Shown: positions 41,416 through 54,441, counted from the stretch's first letter. The stretch: DNA of 64,000 nucleotides from a bacterium (GCA_024694145.1 JAILKD010000065.1:1280-65279); one strand, 5' to 3'. Translations and numbers: made by a program. Notes: generated from the sequence alone by a model not told the origin.

Positions 41416-42502
41416 ATGAATGATAAAAAACTTATATTAGAAAATGGAATAGTTTTTTATGGCAAAGGTTTTGGTTCAAAAAATAAAAAAATAGCTGAAT
41501 TAGTTTTTAATACTTCTATGGTAGGTTACCAAGAAATATTATCTGATCCATCTTATTGTGGCCAAATGGTATGTATGACATATCCTTTGATTGGAAATTA
41601 TGGATTAACCGAGGAAGATTATGAATCAAAAAATATTTATATATCTGGTTTTATAGTTAGAGAATATAATGATTTACCATCAAACTTTAGATACACTAGA
41701 ACATTAGGCGATGTTATGGAAGAAAATGATGTTGCTGGAATTAGCGAAATAGATACTAGAAATCTAACACAAATAATTAGAGATAATGGTTCTATGCTTG
41801 CTATGATTTGCGATATTGATTATGACGAAAACAAAGCTATAGATGAATTAAAAAACTTTAAAGTTGATAAAGAGGTTGTTAAAAAAGTATCAACTAAACG
41901 AATTTGGTATTCAAGAACACCAAATCCTAAATATAATATTGTTGCCGTAGATTGCGGTATGAAAATGAATATAGTTAGAAAACTAAATCAAATGAAGTGT
42001 AATGTAATAGTTGTTCCATACAATACTTCTTTTAAAGATATTATGGAACTAGCTCCTGATGGGCTATTTATATCAAACGGTCCTGGAGATCCAACAGATG
42101 TTAAAGAAGTTATCGAATTAATTAAAGAAGCTAAAGGCAAAATTCCTATTTTAGGTATTTGCTTAGGACATCAAATAATAGGTTTAGCATGTGGTGCTAA
42201 AACTTATAAAATGAAGTTTGGTCACCGTGGTGCAAATCATCCTGTTAAAAACTTAGAAACAGGTAAGATAGAAATTACTAGCCAAAATCATTCATATGCT
42301 ATTGATATTAATTCACTTAAAAATACAACATTAGAATTAACACACATAAATGAGATAGATAATGAACCAGAAGGTATGATTGATAAAGCCAATTATATAA
42401 TTTCTGTTCAATATCACCCCGAATCAGCTGCAGGTCCAGAAGATAGTGAATACATATTTACTAAATTCATTGACCTAATCGATAAGTTTGGAGGTGAAGG
42501 CA

Positions 42503-42525
<23 letters not shown>
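41416..42525 (+). CDS. carA: Carbamoyl-phosphate synthase small (glutaminase) subunit
   Basis: GICLGHQ and HRGANHPV GATase motifs. 369 aa. Confidence 0.93.
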
Positions 42526-46974
<4,449 letters not shown>

Positions 46975-47067
46975 TCATTCAATAAAACCACTACTTGTGG
47001 TATAATAGATGTTGGAAAGTTGTGATAATATGATCAAATTAACGTTACAACTAAATACAAAAAAAAT

Positions 47068-47106
47068 AAGTCATACTGAACAAAACAGTATGGCTTTATT
47101 TTTTTG
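47068..47106 (+). terminator. Intrinsic terminator downstream of purA
   Basis: AAGTCATACTG-AACAAAA-CAGTATGGCTT followed by TATTTTTTT. An A-run upstream gives it a bidirectional shape. Confidence 0.75.
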
Positions 47107-47191
47107 ATAAAAATCTTAAAAAAGGACGTGTTTAACGATAATAAAATGTGTAATTTGATAAAAACAGATTTTACAGAAAGGAGAGTTTTGT

Positions 47192-47515
47192 TTGAGCAAA
47201 AAAAAGAATTATAAATTACAAAAAAATAAATTCTATATGCGTAAAGACCAAAATGGAATTCATCCTTCTTTGGTTTATGGCTATATTGAAAATGGTGATG
47301 AAGCAAAATATAAAGCCGTTATTTTTACAAAGAAAAAAGATCACAATAGTTGGCGTTTGAAAAAAAGTATAAACAAAAAAACAAGCCCTATTTCTTGTGT
47401 TAGAAAAATTCCAGAAATCAGAGAATACGGGTATTTTATTGACGAAAAGTTAAAGGGTTATAGAGTAAAACTAGCCGATAGAAAGCTAGTGAAAAAAGTC
47501 AAAAAGAAAAAATAA
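47192..47515 (+). CDS. Orphan lysine-rich small basic protein (107 aa), function unknown
   Basis: TTG start with a strong SD (AAAGGAGAG 8 nt upstream). About 30% Lys/Arg and a KKVKKKK tail. I recognise no family. It converges on the small-RNA array. Confidence 0.55.
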   Translation: MSKKKNYKLQKNKFYMRKDQNGIHPSLVYGYIENGDEAKYKAVIFTKKKDHNSWRLKKSINKKTSPISCVRKIPEIREYGYFIDEKLKGYRVKLADRKLVKKVKKKK

Positions 47516-47566
47516 AAAAGATAAGGCACGGAGTCAAGCTTAATTGACCACTTGTACCTTATCTCT
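47507..47566 (-). ncRNA. Candidate small RNA, unit f (stem-closed hairpin RNA, homologous to unit a)
   Basis: 8-bp closing stem 47519-47526/47557-47564 (AGATAAGG/CCTTATCT). The interior contains AGTGGTCAATTAAGCTTGAC with an inner GTCAA/TTGAC hairpin. It is followed on the minus strand by TTTTTTATTTTTT. The predicted TSS is 6-8 nt downstream of the -10. Confidence 0.45.
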
Positions 47567-47572
47567 ACATAA

Positions 47573-47601
47573 ATTATAGCAATTATTATGGTTTTTGTCA
47601 A
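47573..47601 (-). promoter_or_regulatory. Consensus sigma-A promoter for unit f
   Basis: Minus strand TTGACA (47601-47596), 17-nt spacer, TGC-TATAAT (47578-47573, extended -10). Confidence 0.6.
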
Positions 47602-47665
47602 TAAAAAAGCAATAAGTAAATCGGTCGTATAGACACAGCTAGTATCCTAGTCAAGTACTTATTGC
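47600..47665 (-). ncRNA. Candidate small RNA, unit e (three-way-junction-like, homologous to unit d2)
   Basis: Perfect 10-bp closing stem 47609-47618/47656-47665 (GCAATAAGTA/TACTTATTGC). The interior has two small hairpins (CTAG-GATA-CTAG and GTC-TATAC-GAC). A U6 tract follows on the minus strand. Confidence 0.4.
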
Positions 47666-47672
47666 ATAAATA

Positions 47673-47700
47673 TAATAACATAAAAAAAAGAAAGTAAATC
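47673..47700 (-). promoter_or_regulatory. Weaker extended -10 promoter candidate for unit e
   Basis: Minus strand TGT-TATTAT (47681-47673) ends 7 nt before the unit e stem. The only -35-like sequence is poor (ATTTAC). Confidence 0.3.
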
Positions 47701-47826
47701 GGCCTAATTAAAAGCCACCTTGAAATTTCTTATTTCAAGTCAAGTACTTTCTATAAATAAGTGATTAATCCAATGACTATTGCCATAGCAACCAGGGGTC
47801 ATTAGCCTCAGTAATATTAATCACTA
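47680..47826 (-). ncRNA. Candidate small RNA, unit d (two stem-closed domains, d1 and d2)
   Basis: d1 has a perfect 10-bp stem 47760-47769/47816-47825 (AGTGATTAAT/ATTAATCACT) with inner AATGAC/GTCATT and TTGC/GCAA stems. d2 has an 8-bp stem 47689-47696/47745-47752 with an inner 8-bp hairpin CTTGAAAT/ATTTCAAG and a GGC/GCC hairpin. A U8 tract follows. Confidence 0.45.
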
Positions 47827-47831
47827 CTGTA

Positions 47832-47859
47832 ATTATAGCATAATTAGTATAATTGTAAA
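47832..47859 (-). promoter_or_regulatory. Near-consensus sigma-A promoter for unit d
   Basis: Minus strand TTTACA (47859-47854), 16-nt spacer, TGC-TATAAT (47837-47832). Confidence 0.55.
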
Positions 47860-47972
47860 TAAAAAAAGAACAGCGAGCTCCTTCGAAAGTGCTTATTAGC
47901 CGTTCAATTAATGTAGGTGCTGTTCACAGTAATTGCAATCAATTATTGTGTTCGAAACAGGCCACCTACCAA
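47858..47972 (-). ncRNA. Candidate small RNA, unit c (about 110 nt, with alternative pairings)
   Basis: Long 5' hairpin: CAATTGGTAGGTG...CACCTACATTAATTG enclosing CACAGTAATTG/CAATTATTGTG at 47925-47950. The 3' closing stem GAACAGC/GCTGTTC (47868-47874/47919-47925) competes with it and is followed by U7. Confidence 0.45.
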
Positions 47973-47977
47973 TTGAT

Positions 47978-48006
47978 ATTATATTTATTTATAAAACAAT
48001 TGTCAA
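47978..48006 (-). promoter_or_regulatory. Consensus sigma-A promoter for unit c
   Basis: Minus strand TTGACA (48006-48001), 17-nt spacer, TATAAT (47983-47978). Confidence 0.6.
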
Positions 48007-48070
48007 TAAAAAAATAGATGCTGTTCCCAGTAAACAAGTTATTGGGCGTTGAAACAGTCCATCTATTTCT
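48005..48070 (-). ncRNA. Candidate small RNA, unit b (long imperfect hairpin)
   Basis: 9-bp closing stem 48012-48020/48060-48068 (AAATAGATG/CATCTATTT) with nested CTGTT/AACAG and CCCA/TGGG stems. A U7 tract follows. Confidence 0.45.
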
Positions 48071-48076
48071 AAATAT

Positions 48077-48104
48077 ATTTTATCATATTAAAAATTTAAG
48101 TCAA
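48077..48104 (-). promoter_or_regulatory. Near-consensus sigma-A promoter for unit b
   Basis: Minus strand TTGACT (48104-48099), 16-nt spacer, TGA-TAAAAT (48082-48077, extended -10). Confidence 0.55.
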
Positions 48105-48161
48105 TAAAAAAAGATAAGCTGCGGGGTCAAGCTTAATTGACCACTATGCAGCCTATCTTTA
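48103..48161 (-). ncRNA. Candidate small RNA, unit a (stem-closed hairpin RNA, homologous to unit f)
   Basis: 13-position closing stem 48110-48122/48148-48160 with one A.C mismatch. The interior reads ATAGTGGTCAATTAAGCTTGACCCC, with an inner GGTCAA/TTGACC hairpin. A U7 tract follows. Confidence 0.45.
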
Positions 48162-48166
48162 TAAGC

Positions 48167-48195
48167 ATTATATCAATTATGTTCAATCATGTCAA
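48167..48195 (-). promoter_or_regulatory. Consensus sigma-A promoter for unit a
   Basis: Minus strand TTGACA (48195-48190), 17-nt spacer, TATAAT (48172-48167). It lies immediately downstream of the purB terminator. Confidence 0.6.
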
Positions 48196-48213
48196 TAACA
48201 TCTTACACATATT

Positions 48214-48237
48214 AAAAAGGGCCTTAAATGGCCCTTT
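48214..48237 (-). terminator. Intrinsic terminator of purB
   Basis: Minus strand AAAGGGCC-ATTTAA-GGCCCTTT followed by TTAAT. It starts 5 nt after the purB stop. Confidence 0.8.
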
Positions 48238-48241
48238 AAAA

Positions 48242-49540
48242 CTATTTACCTATTTTACATCTATCATAGATGAAATCAACATTCTTAAAGTAATATTCAA
48301 GAGTAAAGCAATTGTCTAATTCTTCTTTTGATAGAATTGACATAACTTTTTCATTTTGACTTAATAAAGTCTTATAGTCTTTTCTTTCATTATATGCTGT
48401 CATAGCAATAGGTTGAACTGTATCATATGCTTCTTCTCTAACTAAACCTTTTTCAATTAAAGCATTCATAACTCTTTGTGCAAATATTACACCATTAGTC
48501 TTATAGATATTTTCAATCATAGTTTCAGGATATACTACAACATTTTCTAGAATACCCTTAAATCTATTTAACATATAATCTAATAATTCAGTTGCATCTG
48601 GTAAAATAATACGTTCAGTTGCAGAATGAGAGATATCTCTTTCATGCCATAGGGCAACATTTTCATAGAATGTTAACATATATCCTCTCATTACTCTAGC
48701 ACATCCACAAATATTTTCTGATGAAATAGGATTTCTCTTATGAGGCATTGCACTACTTCCTTTTTGCCCTTTAGTAAATGCTTCTTCTAGCTCATGAACT
48801 TCTGTTCTTTGAAGATTTCTAATTTCAAAAGCCATTTGTTCTAAGCTTGCTGCTATACAAGCTAAAGTTGCCATATAATATGCATGTCTATCTCTTTGTA
48901 GTACTTGTGTACTTACATTAGCACTATTAATTCCTAGATGTTCACATACATAATCTTGAATGAATGGTGGAATATTAGCAAAGTTACCAACAGCTCCACT
49001 CATCTTACCACATTCAACATTTAATCTTGCTGCATTAAATCTTTCTAGGTTTCTCTTCATTTCTTCATGCCATAAAACCCATTTTAAACCAAATGAAGTA
49101 ATATCTGCATGAATACCATGAGTTCTACCAATACATGGTGTAGTTTTAAATCTTAAAGCTTGTTTTTCTAATACTTTCATAAATTCAATAATATCTTCAT
49201 ATAAAATATCATTAGCTTGTTTAATTAAGTATCCATTTGCAGTATCAACTACATCTGTACTAGTTAAACCATAGTGTACCCATTTTTTTTCTTCACCTAA
49301 AGATTCACTAACGCATCTAGTGAAAGCAACAACATCATGCTTAGTTTGAAGTTCTATTTCACTAATTCTATCGATATCAAATTTAGCATTATCTTCAATT
49401 TTATCTACATCTTCTTTTGGAATAACACCAAGTTCACTCCATGCTCTATCGGATAAGATTTCAACTTTTAAATAAGCATTGAACTTATTTTCTTCAGTCC
49501 AAACATTACGCATTTTTTCTCTTGAATATCTATTAATCAT
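48242..49540 (-). CDS. purB: Adenylosuccinate lyase
   Basis: 432 aa, [10 protein letters not shown]...LTSTDVVDT...[11 protein letters not shown], the fumarate-lyase signature. Confidence 0.96.
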   Translation of the reverse strand: MINRYSREKMRNVWTEENKFNAYLKVEILSDRAWSELGVIPKEDVDKIEDNAKFDIDRISEIELQTKHDVVAFTRCVSESLGEEKKWVHYGLTSTDVVDTANGYLIKQANDILYEDIIEFMKVLEKQALRFKTTPCIGRTHGIHADITSFGLKWVLWHEEMKRNLERFNAARLNVECGKMSGAVGNFANIPPFIQDYVCEHLGINSANVSTQVLQRDRHAYYMATLACIAASLEQMAFEIRNLQRTEVHELEEAFTKGQKGSSAMPHKRNPISSENICGCARVMRGYMLTFYENVALWHERDISHSATERIILPDATELLDYMLNRFKGILENVVVYPETMIENIYKTNGVIFAQRVMNALIEKGLVREEAYDTVQPIAMTAYNERKDYKTLLSQNEKVMSILSKEELDNCFTLEYYFKNVDFIYDRCKIGK

Positions 49541-49549
49541 ATGATCCTC

Positions 49550-50425
49550 CTAGAAATCTAAATCTTTACCAGTTAATAATTTATAAGCTTCTAAATATTT
49601 ATTAATTGTCTTTAGAATAATTTCATCTGGAAGATTATAGTCTGAGTTTGGATTAGCTTTTAACCAATCACGAACAAATTGTTTATCGAATGAAGGTTGT
49701 CCTTTTCCTGGTTCATATCCTTCTAGTGGCCAGAATCTTGATGAATCTGGTGTAAGCATTTCATCACCTAAAACAATAACTCCATTTTCATCTAGACCAA
49801 ATTCAAATTTAGTATCAGCAATGATGATACCTTTGCTTAATGCATAATCAGCACACTTCTTGTAAATAGCAATTGTCTTATCTCTTAAGGCAGTTGCATA
49901 TTCTAAACCTTTACCAGGGAATTTCTTTTCTAAAACTTCAATTGATTTTTCAAAGCTGATATTTTCATCATGATCACCAATTTCAGCTTTAGTACTTGGT
50001 GTATAAATTGGTTCAGGTAATTTATCTGATTCTCTTAAACCTTCAGGTAATTTAATACCACAAACTGTACCATTTTCTTTATAGCTTGCCCAACCAGAAC
50101 CTGTTATATAACCTCTAACAATACATTCAATAGGAAGCATTTGAAGCTTTTTACACATCATGCTTCTACCTTTAAATTCTTCATCATGGAAGAATGCAGG
50201 CATTTTTTCTACATCTGTAGTAATCATATGGTTAGGAATAATATCTTTAGTTAAATCAAACCAGAATTTTGACATTTGGTTTAATACTCTTCCTTTATTG
50301 TAAATCTTATTTTTTAGAATAACATCAAATGCTGATATTCTATCTGTTGCTACCATGATAATTGAGTTTCCATTATCATAAACTTCTCTAACTTTTCCTT
50401 CATAAAGTAATTTTACATTATCCAT
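49550..50425 (-). CDS. purC: Phosphoribosylaminoimidazole-succinocarboxamide (SAICAR) synthase
   Basis: LLYEGKVREVY...ATDRISAFD...ADTKFEFG motifs. 291 aa (long form). Confidence 0.93.
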   Translation of the reverse strand: MDNVKLLYEGKVREVYDNGNSIIMVATDRISAFDVILKNKIYNKGRVLNQMSKFWFDLTKDIIPNHMITTDVEKMPAFFHDEEFKGRSMMCKKLQMLPIECIVRGYITGSGWASYKENGTVCGIKLPEGLRESDKLPEPIYTPSTKAEIGDHDENISFEKSIEVLEKKFPGKGLEYATALRDKTIAIYKKCADYALSKGIIIADTKFEFGLDENGVIVLGDEMLTPDSSRFWPLEGYEPGKGQPSFDKQFVRDWLKANPNSDYNLPDEIILKTINKYLEAYKLLTGKDLDF

Positions 50426-50542
50426 AAAGACCCTCCTATTTCAGATAATATTTTCACACTAGAATTATAACATTCTACACTTTAAAATACAATATATTTT
50501 AAATGTTAATACGTTTTCAAAAAATGACTTATTTTTAGTCCT

Positions 50543-51079
50543 TTATTCTTTCTCATCTACATATGTAGCAAGCATATCTGCTGCATGTGTATATATAATT
50601 AATGGACATTCTTCTATAGCTTCACCTAAATATCCGTATAACTCTTTAGGTTCATATGCTCCCATATGCCAGCGAATAGCTAATGCTTCTTCCTTTTTTA
50701 GTCTAATAAAAGTTGAAATCATATAAACTGATTTTTCACCATGGCCAAACGCAAATGCTTCTTTTTTATGCTTATAAAAAGGAACTTGCGTCCATACTCC
50801 ATTTTCATCTTTAACATTTCTAGTTGATGCTTCATATGAACCTATTTTACAAACATCATGAAGAAGTCCAATTATCTTTACACTATCACTATCTCCAACT
50901 AATTCTTTAAGTCTTTTATACACATTTAGTGAGTGCTTTAATAAGCCACCTTCTTCTGCACTATGGTGGTTAGCACTTGCTGGATCAGTAAAAAAACTTG
51001 ATTTTTCTATCCAACTAATAAGTCTATCCATTCCATCTCTATTAATACTTCTAAGTAAATTTAAATATTCTTCTTTCAT
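50543..51079 (-). CDS. HD-domain metal-dependent phosphohydrolase
   Basis: HH...GGLLKHSL...LLHDVCK...GHGEKS motifs. I prefer the ATG at 51079 (GGAGG 6 nt upstream). Confidence 0.7.
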   Translation of the reverse strand: MKEEYLNLLRSINRDGMDRLISWIEKSSFFTDPASANHHSAEEGGLLKHSLNVYKRLKELVGDSDSVKIIGLLHDVCKIGSYEASTRNVKDENGVWTQVPFYKHKKEAFAFGHGEKSVYMISTFIRLKKEEALAIRWHMGAYEPKELYGYLGEAIEECPLIIYTHAADMLATYVDEKE

Positions 51080-51150
51080 AAAAACCTCCATATATATTGA
51101 ATCGCTATATTTATTATAGCAAAAAAAAGATGGGTTATAAACCCATCTAA

Positions 51151-53613
51151 TTATTCTACTACTAATTCTCTTATTGATACTTTTTTAATTCTTCTACTAG
51201 CAATATATGCTGATAAGTATACAATAAGTATTCCACCTAAAGTAACTATTAACATATTAGTAAACTTATTTGGACTATTTATTCTACCTAAGCCTAGGCT
51301 ATTTAATAAGTATCCTAGCATTATATCTGATAAGAACATACTCATAATGCATCCTAATACTATTCCAAGGAATGCTACTATCATAAAACGTATTGCCATA
51401 GCATTTCTTAATTTAAATGTATTAAATCCATTTGCTTTATAAATACCTAAATCAATTCTTTCTTGAATAAATGATTTAACAGTAATTAATCTAATAGTTA
51501 CTAAAGCAAATATAGATGAGAATACTAAAATAATAGCACAAATAGCAAGTGATATACCTGTATATTCTTCTAAATCATCCATTGCTGTTGCTCTAACATC
51601 ATATACTTTATATCTATTATTGTTTATTTCATTTAGTTTATTGATTACAGCATCTACTTTATTATCATCTTTAACATTTATAGTCATATAATGAATTCTA
51701 ACACTTTCATCAACCTTTTTAGCTCCATCATATGTAATAGAGAAAGTCATACCTGTATCTCTTGAGCTTTGGTATATGCCAACAAGTATAAATTCTTGTT
51801 CTCCTGTTTTAGATGCAATTCTAACTTTATCACCAATTTTTAAATCATACATTTCACAAACATTTTTAGTTGTGACAAATTCATTATCATAAATTGGTTT
51901 TCTTCCTTTATAAACACTTAGAATTGATTCAGGGTTCATTGAATATTCACCAAGTAATTGATCCCCCTCAAAAGTGAAATATTGATTTGTTTTAGCATGG
52001 TGATAATCAATTTCAGCTACTGTACTTACTTCACTAATAATATCATCAACCATTTCTTTATTTAGTGGGCATTCAGAAAAACAACTAATATATAGATTTG
52101 ATGTATCTACACCAAATGATTTAGCTACACTTTTTGCTTTTGTTATATCAACTGCTTTCATACCAGTTAACATTGCAAATGCTAAGAATGCCATAACAAA
52201 TGCAATGCCTAAGTATCTAACTGGAGAGAATAATATTTGCTTTAAAGATATAGAAAACGATAATCCCTTTTTAGTAAGTGGCGCATTAATTCTAGGTGAG
52301 AAATAAATATCATTACTATTTCCATTAATGGCTTTAATAGGCGATATTTTTCTAATCTTTAATAGTTTAATAAAGATAAAGAATAGTGATGATCCTAAGA
52401 CTATTAAAGTAACTATTAATAGATTAGAAATATTTATATAACTATATGGTGCACTACCAGTATTAGATACAAAAATTCTACCAAGTAAAACTTTTAAGAA
52501 TATTGATAATATTAGTCCTAAAACAATACCTATAGTTTCTGCTATTATGTATAACAAGCTTAATATTAATCCAATCTTAAAGTTAGAAAATCCTAATGCT
52601 TTAAGTATACCAAACTTCTTATAATCACTTTCTATTTCACCGCTTACGCTATTAGAAATAACTATTAATACTACAACTACTAATATAATAACAAATGAGA
52701 CTAATATACCACCTACAATAGCAATATATAATCCTGTATAATGAGTTGATTGACTTTGTATAATTAAACCTTCTGCTAAATCCCCTAGCTTTGTTTCTAA
52801 AGTAACTTTTTTTGATAAATTAGCATCAGACATTGAGCCATCAGAATATACTTTATAAACATAATTAACAAGACTAAAATTTGAATCTGTGCTTAATTGA
52901 TTATCTTGTATAACTTGTGTACCAGCAACACTTAATTCATATATATCATTAAAATCTTCATCTGAAATAAATATTTCTTTCCAACCAATGGAATATGATC
53001 CCATCATTGGAGATGCCACAAAGCCTTTTATTTTAAATTGATACTCCACTGATTCGTATGATTTATTACCATCTTCATCAACTTCCATAGTAACACCAAA
53101 ATCATCAACATAATAATCACCTATATTACAATGTAATTTATCTTTTAATCCAAGGGGTAAATAGATTTCACCTTTTTCAAGTGGAACCATTTCAGTATAA
53201 CCTGTTAAAGAGCTATTGAATAATTTAATATGATCTTTAACATCACTATACTTTTCAATTTCATATGTGTTTCTTTCATAAACCTTAGATAAATTATTAG
53301 GATCGTCTCCCTTACGTATTCTATGATTATTATTAACTGATTGTAGTCCTATAATTTCTCTACTATCACTTACACCTTCAACTTGTTTTATTCTATCATT
53401 TAAAGTTGAATCATAAAATGTAGAATAAATATAACATAATATATTTTCTGTATTAGTATCTTTAATTAATTTGCTTCTACCTTTTTTATATTCACTATTA
53501 ACACCAAATATTGTTAGAAATGCAGTTACAATTAGTAGTGTTAATAAAGCTATACAAATAAATATACCTTTTTTCTTTTTAATATCTTTTTTTAAAATAG
53601 TACGTATTTCCAT
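51151..53613 (-). CDS. ABC transporter permease with two FtsX/MacB-type modules
   Basis: 820 aa. The pattern of one TM, a large extracytoplasmic domain and three TMs occurs twice. FGILKALGFSNFKI and LGIYKANGFNTFKL are FtsX-type motifs. Confidence 0.8.
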   Translation of the reverse strand: MEIRTILKKDIKKKKGIFICIALLTLLIVTAFLTIFGVNSEYKKGRSKLIKDTNTENILCYIYSTFYDSTLNDRIKQVEGVSDSREIIGLQSVNNNHRIRKGDDPNNLSKVYERNTYEIEKYSDVKDHIKLFNSSLTGYTEMVPLEKGEIYLPLGLKDKLHCNIGDYYVDDFGVTMEVDEDGNKSYESVEYQFKIKGFVASPMMGSYSIGWKEIFISDEDFNDIYELSVAGTQVIQDNQLSTDSNFSLVNYVYKVYSDGSMSDANLSKKVTLETKLGDLAEGLIIQSQSTHYTGLYIAIVGGILVSFVIILVVVVLIVISNSVSGEIESDYKKFGILKALGFSNFKIGLILSLLYIIAETIGIVLGLILSIFLKVLLGRIFVSNTGSAPYSYINISNLLIVTLIVLGSSLFFIFIKLLKIRKISPIKAINGNSNDIYFSPRINAPLTKKGLSFSISLKQILFSPVRYLGIAFVMAFLAFAMLTGMKAVDITKAKSVAKSFGVDTSNLYISCFSECPLNKEMVDDIISEVSTVAEIDYHHAKTNQYFTFEGDQLLGEYSMNPESILSVYKGRKPIYDNEFVTTKNVCEMYDLKIGDKVRIASKTGEQEFILVGIYQSSRDTGMTFSITYDGAKKVDESVRIHYMTINVKDDNKVDAVINKLNEINNNRYKVYDVRATAMDDLEEYTGISLAICAIILVFSSIFALVTIRLITVKSFIQERIDLGIYKANGFNTFKLRNAMAIRFMIVAFLGIVLGCIMSMFLSDIMLGYLLNSLGLGRINSPNKFTNMLIVTLGGILIVYLSAYIASRRIKKVSIRELVVE

Positions 53614-53623
53614 AAGTTTATAC

Positions 53624-54385
53624 CTACCATTCTAATGAATTTAGCCAAGCTGCTACTTGTGCTTCTCTACTTTTTTCCATTTCTTTACTATATTTTGGCA
53701 TTTTAAATTCACCAACAATATTACCATCTGATAAATATAATAATCTATCAGCACGTAGAGCACCTTTTATATCATGAGTAACCATAATAATAGATTGCCC
53801 ATCTTGATTAAGTTCAGATAATAAATCTAATACTTCAGTTGAATTTTTCTTGTTTAGTGCACCTGTTGGTTCATCCGCAAAAACAATTTTAGGTTTATTT
53901 ATAACTGCACGAGCTATAGCTGTTCTTTGTTGCTCACCACCTGATACTTGACTAGGTAGGTGAGTTTTAACATTATCTATATTCATTCTTTTAAATAGGC
54001 TAGTTGCATATTCTTTAACGTCATTTGCTTTTTTATCTTTGTTTAAATATCCAGAGATACATACATTTTCAAACAAAGTTAAATTACTTACTAAATGCAT
54101 TTGTTGGAATACAAATCCAAAATCTGTATGTCTAAGTTTAGTAAGTTCTTTTTCTTTCATTAAATTTATATCTTGCCCATTATAGAATACATTACCACTT
54201 GTTGCCCTATCCATACCACTTAAAGCATATAGAAGTGTTGATTTACCACTTCCACTTGAACCCATGATAACAGTAAAATCTCCTTCATAAATATCAAGAT
54301 TAACATTTGTTAATACATGTACTTGACCACCATCATGAGCAAATGTTTTACATACTCCATTAGCTTTTAAAATTACATTTCCCAT
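53624..54385 (-). CDS. ABC transporter ATP-binding protein (MacB/BceA-like)
   Basis: Walker A GSSGSGKST, signature SGGEQQR, Walker B IVFADEPT. Confidence 0.92.
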   Translation of the reverse strand: MGNVILKANGVCKTFAHDGGQVHVLTNVNLDIYEGDFTVIMGSSGSGKSTLLYALSGMDRATSGNVFYNGQDINLMKEKELTKLRHTDFGFVFQQMHLVSNLTLFENVCISGYLNKDKKANDVKEYATSLFKRMNIDNVKTHLPSQVSGGEQQRTAIARAVINKPKIVFADEPTGALNKKNSTEVLDLLSELNQDGQSIIMVTHDIKGALRADRLLYLSDGNIVGEFKMPKYSKEMEKSREAQVAAWLNSLEW

Positions 54386-54441
54386 AAAATCATTCCTTCC
54401 TTTTACGATTTCATTATATTATGCCAAATATTAAGAAATCC

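Noticed and set aside
47034-47306. 90-aa minus-strand ORF from the track
   Set aside because: It runs through the purA terminator and overlaps the SD and start of the better-supported plus-strand ORF. Its composition is low-complexity and Phe/Leu-rich, typical of AT-rich antisense frames, and it has no SD.
47507-48196. CRISPR array or ToxI-like tandem repeat as an explanation of the hairpin array
   Set aside because: There is no constant direct repeat alternating with spacers. Unit lengths and sequences differ. Each unit has its own promoter and U-tract. No cas or toxN-like gene is adjacent.
50426-50542. Purine riboswitch or PurR box upstream of purC (and of purF and purA)
   Set aside because: No guanine/adenine riboswitch three-way junction is visible. 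Only a half-site-like GAAAACGT is present, which is insufficient to call a PurBox.
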